A stretch of DNA of 64,000 nt from a virus. Position 1 is the first letter of the stretch, and the number at the start of each line of letters is the position of its first letter. Where the stretch lies: positions 811 to 64,810 of IMG/VR virus record IMGVR_UViG_3300028804_000005; one strand, given 5' to 3'. A model generated the notes under the pieces. It ran no database searches. It was given only the letters and a program-made list of their open reading frames with translations, and was not told the origin of the DNA. Shown here piece by piece: positions 18,322 to 26,491 of the stretch. Position numbers and translations under genes: made by a program.

Positions 18322-18554
18322 GGGTTCCACGGGAGCCACCTCCGCAGGACCGCGATGACGTCGTCCCAGATGTGCCGCGGCTTCGCCACCAGGTAGGTCT
18401 CGTTCGCGAGCGCGCTCATGCCGAGATCCACGGCGTCGGACGCGGCCAGCCCCGCCTTGAGCTGGGCGGCGCCACGGCCGCCCGAGCCGAGGCCGAGCTC
18501 GGCCAGCTTCTCGTTCACGGCCCGCCGCCTGAGCTTCCGAGTCAGGGAGCCCAT
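18318..18554 (-). CDS. Hypothetical protein
   Basis: TGATG/ATGA coupling. Confidence 0.5.
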   Translation of the reverse strand: MGSLTRKLRRRAVNEKLAELGLGSGGRGAAQLKAGLAASDAVDLGMSALANETYLVAKPRHIWDDVIAVLRRWLPWNP

Positions 18555-18823
18555 CAGCGCTTCATCTCCTGCCCGCGCGTGACCCGCGGCTGAGGGCCGC
18601 CCGTCTTGTTGACGGTCGGCTTCTTGAAGTCCTTGAGCACCTCGAGCGCGTCCTCGTCGAAGTTTCCGGTCTCGAAAGTCTTGCCCTCCTTGGTGAGCCC
18701 CGGGGGCTGGACGACGTAGCGCCGACACCCGAAGTGCCACTCGGTGCGCGCCACCACGATGCCCTTGAAACCGGTCACCCGGTCGCGAACCTCAGCACCC
18801 AGGTTGATCTTGAAACCGCTCAT
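18554..18823 (-). CDS. Small SH3-like phage protein
   Basis: LGAEVRDRVTGFKGIVVARTEWHFGCRRYVVQP; GGAGG RBS. Confidence 0.75.
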   Translation of the reverse strand: MSGFKINLGAEVRDRVTGFKGIVVARTEWHFGCRRYVVQPPGLTKEGKTFETGNFDEDALEVLKDFKKPTVNKTGGPQPRVTRGQEMKR

Positions 18824-18834
18824 GTACCCTCCGA

Positions 18835-19101
18835 TCAGTGAAGTCGCGCCGCTGCAAGTTGCTGGTCGATTCGCGCCTGGCGCTCCACGCGATCGAGCAT
18901 CTCGATGTGAAGGTCGTAGGCCTCGCGCATCCGAAGCGGGACGCGGTCGAGATCGACGACTTCGAGGAACGGAAGCCCGTTGCCCATGAGCGGGGTGCGG
19001 CACGTCGGGCACGCGATGAACGCGCCCACCCACGGCGGCTCCTGCGCGTGCGCGCGAGCGGCCGCCGCCAGGTCGCACCCGCACTTCGGGCAGAAGCTCA
19101 C
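18835..19101 (-). CDS. Double zinc-ribbon protein
   Basis: FCPKCG and CPTC. Confidence 0.6.
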   Translation of the reverse strand: MSFCPKCGCDLAAAARAHAQEPPWVGAFIACPTCRTPLMGNGLPFLEVVDLDRVPLRMREAYDLHIEMLDRVERQARIDQQLAAARLH

Positions 19102-21307
19102 GCCGCCGCCTCCGCGGGCGGGTTGCCGAAGAACGCGGCGAAGGCGAGGATTCCTGGCCCGATGTCGGCCCACTGGCGCCGGCGCTTCGCCGCGAGCTGC
19201 GCGTCGAGGCGGTCGGCTTTGAACAGGCTGAAGTGGAAGCCGCGTAGCGCCCTCACCTCGGCGCCGACCCGCGGGTGGTTCGCGGTCGCGATGTACTCGT
19301 GGCGGCGCTCAGGGTTCTGCTTGAGCTTGGCCACGTTCCGCAGGCGCTTGCCGGGCGGGCACGCGATGAGCCTGCCGCCCTTGCCCGGGGCCTTCGGGCG
19401 CGCCGCCGCGCGCTCGCGCTGGTCCTTCTGCCGGCGCCGGTACCACTCCACCACGGTTTCAGTCTTGGTCGCTTCTTCGCTCACGCATGCCTCCTGAAGT
19501 CCCGCATCTCCGCCACGTCCGGGTCAGGGCGACCCAGGCCGTGGCGCGCCAAGTCAGTGCGCAGGGCGCGCGAGAACCGCTCGTCGAAGGCCGCTCCGTA
19601 GAGCGAGCCAAGGACGCGGAAGACCCGCGCCAGGCGCATCGCGGCGCGTCGCCGCACCCATCGGTTCGGGCTTGGGGCCACGCTCCGAGCCGTACCCTCG
19701 GCGCGTGGCCCTGCCCCGGCCGCCGCCCTTCCGGGCCTGGCCTCACTCAGTTTCAGAATGGTCCGGGTCTCGCCCGGTCTTGGTGCCGGGCGTTGCCCGG
19801 TCTTGGTGCCGTTCAGTTGTGGTGACGACTGTTGCTTCGTAGCGGCGTTTCCAGCAGCCGTGGCCAGACGACCGCCCTTGGGGACCGGAAGCGTCCCCGT
19901 GGCCGCGCATGACGGGCCTCCTTTCATCGGAGAGACAGGCTCTCGAAGACTCATGGGCTGACCTCGAGCCAGGTGTGGCCGCAGTCGAGGCAGCGGTACG
20001 GGGTGATCGTGAGGAAGGCCGCGTCCAGCACGGGTGCCGCGAGGAACAGCCCGGGCTCGCGCCGCGCGTGCCCGCACACGTCCTGCCGCGGGCGGCGCTT
20101 TCGCTTCTCCGCGTAGGCGTTGACGTAGCCGCTACCGCGCACGGTGGCCTCCCATCATCCGGAAGGCCACCGCGTAGAAGACGATCCAGAACGCGAGGAA
20201 GTCAGCGGCGGACAAGGGCGGCCTCCTCTCGCTCCATCCAGGCGTCGAAGGTGACGACGGTGCGGAGCAGCTCGAAGTCCTTCGAGTGCAGCCACACGCC
20301 GAGCCCGGTCGTGGTCCAGGAGAAGAACGCCTCGTGCTCACGAGCCGCAGAGCTCAGGCCGATGTTGAGCGTCCCGACCTGGCCCGCGACACGGAGTAGA
20401 TCGTCCACGAGGCGGGCCGCCGACGGCCACGTGGCGCAGCCCCACCTTGGGCGCCGCGGAGGCGGCAGCGCCTCGACCGCCTTCCGGATCGAGTCCAGGG
20501 TGGGCCGGGCCCACGCGACGCCGCGTGCGAACGTGTCAACCACGGCCGGCCCCCTCGCGGTACAGCTTCACGGCCTTTCGGATGCACCGCGCCGAGACCG
20601 CGGGACTCACCCAGCCGCCGTCGGGGAAGATGTACTTGCGTTCGGAGTAGACCCAGGCGTCATCGCCGAACACGTCGCCGTCTGGACCCGCGACGTGGAA
20701 CTGCCAGCCCTCGCCCCGCGAGCGGTAGTAGCACTCGCGGCCGTCGAGCGTGCCCTCGCCCTGGACCGGGCAGGCGCCGCCCCAGGCGATTGCGAGCCCA
20801 TGCTCGACGAGCAGGCTTGACGTCTCCATCCACGGAGCCAGCTCGACCCGTCGCGCGCCGTGTAGGTAGCGCTTCAGGATCGTTCCTCGCTTGCCGATCC
20901 ACGCGAGAACCGGGTTCGGGCTGTACTCGACGCGGCAGTGCCACAAGATCCCAATGCGACGGCTGAGGGGGATCGCACCGAAGGTCCCGCTCCCCAGAAT
21001 GAGACGGGTGATGGAGTCAGCCACAGTCAGCCTCCCCCAAGAGCTCGGCGGCGCACTTGGCGAGGGCGGCCCGCGCGCCAGCTCCGTCCTGGCGCATCGC
21101 GGCCCGGTACGCCTCGGCCAGGCTGACGACGTGCGGCGCGGGGCCGGCGGTCAGGGCGGACAGTCCGCACGCCTCGAGCGCGCCGCCGAAGCACTGGGCG
21201 GCACGGGTTTCGCCTCGCTCCCTCCGCGATGGCGGTTCGCACTTGGCGAGCCTCGGGCGACTCAACTCGTCGAGGCGATCACGAAGGCTCTTGGCAGGGT
21301 CACTCAT
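19098..21307 (-). CDS. Run of small coupled hypothetical genes (19098..19484, 19481..19954, 19951..20142, 20202..20543, 20536..21024, 21017..21307)
   Basis: Contiguous minus-strand ORFs with overlapping start/stop codons; no recognisable motifs apart from a CxH..CxxC in 19951..20142. Confidence 0.5.
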
Positions 21308-21376
21308 GGGAGGCTCCTGGGCAGGCGAGCAGTTGGCGGGTCAGGCCGCGTCGGCGAAAGTCGGGACGGAGAACAG

Positions 21377-21802
21377 ATGCAGAAACGAGGCGTGTTCGCG
21401 GCCATGCCCTTCTGGGCGCTGGGCCTGATTGCCGTCGCCCTTGGGCTGTGCGGAGTCGGTGGGCTCTTCGGGTTCGTGGCCCTCACGAGCGACGAGCCGA
21501 GCTCGGGCGGGCGTCCAGGCCAGGCCACTACGGGCCCATGCCGTCTCGCCATGCCGGGAAGCCAGGGGCGGGTCCCGCTCTTCGAGGCCGAAGCGGACTT
21601 CGACGCCTGGGCGAAGGCCTCGGGCGCCGGCGACACGGGCGAGGCCGAACGCATCGGCCGCCGCTCCGGGTTCCTGGTCGAGAGCGGCACGACCTGCACC
21701 GTGATCGGCGGAACCTTCGTGGGGAAGCGCCGTGTCCGTGTGGACTCGGGCGCCCAGCGAGGTCGCACCGGCTGGGTCGCGACAGAGTGGAGCGGCGAGT
21801 AG
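21377..21802 (+). CDS. Membrane-anchored protein on the opposite strand, next to the immunity region
   Basis: GGAGAA RBS; hydrophobic N-terminal helix FWALGLIAVALGLCGVGGLFGFVAL; SH3-like C-terminus (VRVDSG..GRTGWV). Confidence 0.7.
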   Translation: MQKRGVFAAMPFWALGLIAVALGLCGVGGLFGFVALTSDEPSSGGRPGQATTGPCRLAMPGSQGRVPLFEAEADFDAWAKASGAGDTGEAERIGRRSGFLVESGTTCTVIGGTFVGKRRVRVDSGAQRGRTGWVATEWSGE

Positions 21803-21804
21803 CA

Positions 21805-22020
21805 TCAGGCCGCCGCCTTCTTCACGGGCTTGTCCCACAGGCCGGGGTCGATTCCGAGCAGGTCCCTGCACCTCACCGCGAGAATGCGGTTCGGCAGGTA
21901 CACGCCGCGACGCAGCCTAGAAGCAGTGCCCTCGTCGCAGCGGAGCTGCGCGGCGAGCTGCTGGTTCGACCAGCCCCGCTCCACCCTCTCCCTCTCCAGC
22001 ACCACGGCGCCTCGATTCAC
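21805..22020 (-). CDS. cro: Cro-like XRE HTH regulator
   Basis: GWSNQQLAAQLRCDEGTASRLRRG..P...A..LGIDPGLWD; divergent from the cI-like gene. Confidence 0.8.
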   Translation of the reverse strand: MNRGAVVLERERVERGWSNQQLAAQLRCDEGTASRLRRGVYLPNRILAVRCRDLLGIDPGLWDKPVKKAAA

Positions 22021-22027
22021 GCTTGTA

Positions 22028-22056
22028 CGTTTACAACCGCGGATCGCGGTTGTCAA
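22028..22056 (-). promoter_or_regulatory. Leftward promoter with palindromic operator
   Basis: TTGACA (22056-22051), 17 bp, TAAACG; perfect inverted repeat ACAACCGCG-GAT-CGCGGTTGT at 22033-22053. Confidence 0.75.
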
Positions 22057-22112
22057 CACCCAACCGTCGGTGTCCATTGAGCCCGCGTAAGAACCCGGAT
22101 GGAAGTGCGGCC

Positions 22113-22517
22113 ATGGCACGAGCTCGAAAGTCTGATGCCGAGAAACCGCGAGAACCGCACCCCGACCTCGAGGGCTTCCCGTTTCGCCTCGCAGAAGCGC
22201 TCGGGAAGCGCGAACAGAAGTGGCTCGTTGAGCACTCTGGCGTAGACAAGGGCGGGATCAGTCGGATGCTCCGCGGTGAGGCCCTCGTGGGCATCCCGGG
22301 CGACACCATCATTCGGCTAGCGCATGGTCTGGCGCGCCGACGAATCGGAGGTCGAGGCCAAGGGTGGCGGCGCGGGACGCGACGAACGAGGCCGAGCCCG
22401 TCAAAACAGCCAGAAGTGACCCGACGAGCCGCGAATAGACGCGCGCCTCGACCTTCCCCTTTTTCCCCTCTGAGATGCTCACCAGCATGGTCGGCGTGTA
22501 CCCTCCCTGTGTACTGA
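22113..22517 (+). CDS. cI: CI-like XRE repressor, C-terminus apparently disrupted
   Basis: RLAEALG..QKWLVEHSGVDKGGISRMLRG..TIIRLAHGL HTH, then an abrupt switch to Arg/Pro-rich sequence that looks out of frame. Confidence 0.7.
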   Translation: MARARKSDAEKPREPHPDLEGFPFRLAEALGKREQKWLVEHSGVDKGGISRMLRGEALVGIPGDTIIRLAHGLARRRIGGRGQGWRRGTRRTRPSPSKQPEVTRRAANRRAPRPSPFSPLRCSPAWSACTLPVY

Positions 22518-22620
22518 GCAGACGCTCAGCGGCGGCGGCTGTCTAGGCCAAGCAACGCGCTAGTCGGGCCTTTCCTGAACCTGGTTGCGTCGCTATTTGC
22601 CACAGCACGACGTTTGTATC

Positions 22621-22656
22621 TTGACAAGTTGTGCATTCACAACTAGGTTCACCTCA
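22621..22656 (+). promoter_or_regulatory. Rightward early promoter (leaderless) with operator
   Basis: TTGACA 22621-22626, 17 bp, TAGGTT 22644-22649, ATG at 22656; inverted repeat AGTTGTG-CATT-CACAACT at 22627-22644. Confidence 0.85.
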
Positions 22657-24006
22657 TGCCTACCACGCATGAGGCGGCAGCAAGGGCGAAAAAGGCCGTG
22701 CTGCTCGTGGATGCAATCGACAGTCTGAACCAGAGGCCGCAGGTTTCCGCGGCCGACGTGGCGGCGGCGGTCCGCGATCAGGATGCGTCCTGGTGGTGTG
22801 CCTTGGCAAGTCTTGCCGGCGTTGCCGCCCCCAGCGTGGCGACGCGCGCTGCCGTGTTGGCCGTGCTGGACCAGCGCGCCCGGAGGAGCGCGTGATGTGC
22901 CCCTGCGGGTCCCACAACGGCGCGCACGCTGGCTGGTGCTCTGCGGAGGCGTGCCTCACCCAGCCGAGCACGACGCACTGGCGCGTGACCTTGGCGCTCC
23001 AGCTACACCTGGACGCCTGCGCGATGTGGGTGGATGCGCTCCGTCAGATCCACCGCGGGGACTTGGGGTCGGCGGCCGCGCACTTCGGCTGGGCCGAGGA
23101 GGCAGCCGACAAGGCTCTGGCGTGCGTGGGGCCGGAAGCGAGGGCGGCGTGAGCGCCCACGACATTTGGGGTGACCTGGCGGCGCTGACCCGCGACGGCG
23201 CGGTCCGCGATGTGCGGATCACGTGCTCGGCGCACAAGGACCCGGCCAAGCGGAACTTCCTGGTCTCGGCGCACACGCGCCGGCGGCACGTGGTCGTGGA
23301 CTCTCTGAACCTCGAGCGCGCTGCGGCGCGTCTGGTCGAAATGGCGGTGAGCGATGCCGCCTGACTCACGCTGTCCGCACGGCATGCTCGACCTTGAGCG
23401 TGAGGAAACTGGAGGCACTTGGCACGATTCTTTCGTGTGCGTGCTCAAGCTCTGCGTCGTGCCGACGTGCGCCCACTGGGACGGCCGCCGCGACGCCACG
23501 CCGACGGTGGTCAGTCGCGCGGCTCGGCTGAAGCGCCGGCGCGACCGGGCCCGCGAGTTGTACGCGGCCCGCAAGGCGAAGCAGGAGCAGATCGCGGACG
23601 CGATGGCGGAGGGGGAGTCGTGAAGCTCCAGTGCGTCATGTGCGACGGGTTGGGCTACTCGCTCGGTATCCTCGTGCCCGCAACGCTGGCCGTGCCCTGC
23701 TGCTGCGACGCGGGGCGACGGCTGCGTGAGTTGGACATTCAGTGGCCGGCGACTGAGAGCGCTGTTCGTCGCGCGGTCCGGTCCGGCAGGAAGGCCGCGC
23801 GCGTGCCCAGTGTCGATTTCGTCGAAGCCAGGCGCGGCGCGGCTCGCCTGCTCGTGCGCTGCTCCTGTGGCGTCTGGTTCGACTGGCGCGCCGCGCGCTT
23901 CGTCGGCGTCCAGCAAGACGCCGAGGAGCGGCTCGAGCTGCGCACGCACCAGGCATGCGGCTCCACCCGCGCGATCGTGGTGTGGCGAGCTTCACAGGCC
24001 GCGTAG
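22656..24006 (+). CDS. Five small early genes (22656..22895, 22895..23152, 23149..23364, 23354..23623, 23620..24006)
   Basis: Translationally coupled plus-strand ORFs after the promoter; several are Cys-rich. Confidence 0.6.
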
Positions 24007-24036
24007 GCCTGCGGATCGAAAGGTAGGAGGAACATC

Positions 24037-25203
24037 ATGGGTCAGCATGTGGTGCCTGCGGGCAACGAGAAGGGTGTCCCGATCGAAGAGGCGAGCGACG
24101 CGACGCTCGAGTACTGGTCGAAGCGCATCAGCGAGGAGCTGGAGAAGGGAACAGCGCGCTATCCGGCGAAGGACCGCCAGCTGTGCGAGGCCATGTTCGC
24201 CGAGATGGCGCGGCGTCGCGGCGAGGCGCCGGAGGAGCGCCAGCGCGCACCGGAGCCGCGGAGCAACGGCCAGGCACCGGCGCGGGCGGCTGCGCCGCTG
24301 GCGCGCGCGCCGCAGGCCGACGTCCTGGTCACGTCCACGCGGGACTCCCACCAGATCAACGTGCAGCTCACGGAGATGCGCGCGAAGTACCACCTGGTCG
24401 CGCCCGCGACGGTGTGCGGCTCGCTGCCCGAGGGGTGCGAGGTCGCGTTCTCGCTGGTCCAGGTCAACCCGAAGGACTGCTACTCGGTCGGCGGTGGCAA
24501 GGTCGGGCTCGACGGCACGAACCTGAAGCAGATCGGAGCGGCCGCCGGGATCTCATGGGACGACCAGGCGAGCCGGCGGCTCGACGACGGCAGCGACCCG
24601 CACTACGTCCACTACGTCGCGGTCGGGTTCGTGCGGAACTTCGACGGGTCGCTCCGCAAGCTGACCGGCACGGTCGAGATCGACATGCGGGACGGATCCC
24701 CGCAGGTCGTCGCGATGCAGGCGCGCGCCAAGAACGGCAGCAACTTCGAGGCGCAGCTCCGCGACACGCGGCTGTTCATCCTCCGGCACGCCGAGACGAA
24801 GGCCAAGCTCCGCGCCATCGCGGACATGGGGATCCGGCGGTCGTACACGCCCGAGGAGCTCCAGAAGCCCTTCGCGGTCGCGCGGCTCATGTGGACGGGT
24901 CGCAGCGAGGATCCGGAGCTCCGGCGCATCTTCGCGATGAAGCAGGCCGACGCCATGATCGGCGGCATCGCCGGGCTCTACGGCCAGCAGAACGCGCCGC
25001 CCTACGCGCCGCCGCAGGCGCCGGCCGCGTTGGCGCCGCCACGCGCGCAGCCGTGCCTCGACCCGGGTTGCGCCGTCGGCTCCCGTCCGGCGCTCCACGC
25101 CCCGCCGCCGGTGGGCGCCGTGCCGGCTCACGACGACGCGATCCCGACCGAAGGCGAGAAGATCGGGTCGGACCCGCAGGCCGCCGAGGACGCGGGGTAC
25201 TGA
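24037..25203 (+). CDS. Putative recombination / ssDNA-annealing protein
   Basis: AGGAGG RBS; 388 aa with AAGISWD and HAETKAKLRAI motifs and a disordered acidic tail; directly upstream of sbcD/sbcC. Confidence 0.5.
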   Translation: MGQHVVPAGNEKGVPIEEASDATLEYWSKRISEELEKGTARYPAKDRQLCEAMFAEMARRRGEAPEERQRAPEPRSNGQAPARAAAPLARAPQADVLVTSTRDSHQINVQLTEMRAKYHLVAPATVCGSLPEGCEVAFSLVQVNPKDCYSVGGGKVGLDGTNLKQIGAAAGISWDDQASRRLDDGSDPHYVHYVAVGFVRNFDGSLRKLTGTVEIDMRDGSPQVVAMQARAKNGSNFEAQLRDTRLFILRHAETKAKLRAIADMGIRRSYTPEELQKPFAVARLMWTGRSEDPELRRIFAMKQADAMIGGIAGLYGQQNAPPYAPPQAPAALAPPRAQPCLDPGCAVGSRPALHAPPPVGAVPAHDDAIPTEGEKIGSDPQAAEDAGY

Positions 25204-25310
25204 TGAAAGTCTGCGGAAAGTGTCGGCAGAAGAAGCCGCTCTCGGCTTTCTATTTGCGGGGTGACAGGCCCGGCTATCCCCAGCGCCGGTGCAAGCGGAG
25301 GGCGGCATGA
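25203..25310 (+). pseudogene. Zinc-finger remnant of an HNH-type gene
   Basis: MKVCGKCRQKKPLSAF..RCK matches the N-terminus of 28906..29487 (MKVCNTCGHSKPLTDF..KCRAC) but ends after 35 aa. Confidence 0.6.
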
Positions 25311-26470
25311 AACTCATTGCCAGCGGAGATCACCACTGGGACGAGCACAGCCGCTTTGCCGAGGCGAAGCGCGTCCACGACTGGATGGTGGGTCTCGTCG
25401 AGGAGGAGCGCCCCGACGTGTTCCTGAGCGCCGGCGACGTGTACGAGCGGGGCTCCACCCCGCTCGAGCGCGAAGCTGTAGCGGACTGGCTGACTGAAAC
25501 CGCGGAGTACTGCCCCATCGTTATCGCCAAGGGCAACCACGACAAGCCACTCGACTGCGCCCTGATGGGGCGGCTCAGCAGCCGGCACCCGATCATCGTC
25601 GAGGAGAGAGCCGCCGTGCATTGCATCGGTGGCGCGGCCATCGCCGCGGTGGCCTGGCCGGAGCGCGTCACGCTCATGGCGGCGCTGGGCGCCGTCGGCG
25701 GAGAAGTCATCGACCAAGCCGTCGGCGAGGCGCTCTGCAACGTGCTCCGTGGGCTCGGTGACCAGATGGAGCAACACGATGGGCCTCGCATCCTACTCGG
25801 GCACTTCATGTGCGACGGCGCCATCACCAGCACCGGCCAGCCGCTCCTGGGCCAGCCGATTCGGGTTGGCCTGGCTGAGCTCGCGCTCGCGCGCGCCCAC
25901 CTCACGCTGATGGGGCACATTCACAAGGCGCAGCGGTTCGACATAGCCGGTGCCCCGGCGCTCTACACGGGCTCGCCTTTCCGCACGAGCTACGGTCAGC
26001 TCGAGCGCAAGAGTGTAGTGATCGCCGAGTTTGACGGGCCACGGCTCGTGGCGCTCCGGGAGGTCGAGACGCCGGCCACGCCGATGTTCCTGCTCGACTA
26101 CGAGTGGACGGCCGACGGGATGTTCTGCCACGACGGCGCCCAGCTCCACGAGGCCGACTTGCCGCCGCTCGAATCCGCCGAGGTCCGGTTCCGCTACCGC
26201 GTCGCGAGCGACCAGCGCGACGCGGCCCGCGCCGCCGCCGCCGAGATCAAGGCGGAGTGGCTCGCGCTCGGCGCCGCCGACATCAAGATCGAAGAAGAAG
26301 TGATCGCGGTGAACCGCGCCCGCTTGCCCGAGGTCGCGCGCATGCGCACGTTGGCGGACAAGCTCTGCGCGCTCTGGCGGCACCGCGGGAACGAGCCAGA
26401 CCCCGAGCGGCGTGCGCGACTGCTGGCGAAGGCGGAGAGCCTGGGCGCCTGTTCAAACGGTGGCGGTTGA
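25307..26470 (+). CDS. sbcD: SbcD/Mre11-like nuclease
   Basis: GDHH, AGDVYE, GNHD, LLGH, MGHIH, YTGSP. Confidence 0.9.
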   Translation: MKLIASGDHHWDEHSRFAEAKRVHDWMVGLVEEERPDVFLSAGDVYERGSTPLEREAVADWLTETAEYCPIVIAKGNHDKPLDCALMGRLSSRHPIIVEERAAVHCIGGAAIAAVAWPERVTLMAALGAVGGEVIDQAVGEALCNVLRGLGDQMEQHDGPRILLGHFMCDGAITSTGQPLLGQPIRVGLAELALARAHLTLMGHIHKAQRFDIAGAPALYTGSPFRTSYGQLERKSVVIAEFDGPRLVALREVETPATPMFLLDYEWTADGMFCHDGAQLHEADLPPLESAEVRFRYRVASDQRDAARAAAAEIKAEWLALGAADIKIEEEVIAVNRARLPEVARMRTLADKLCALWRHRGNEPDPERRARLLAKAESLGACSNGGG

Positions 26471-26491
26471 CCCGCGGGTCAGGAGGAAGAA

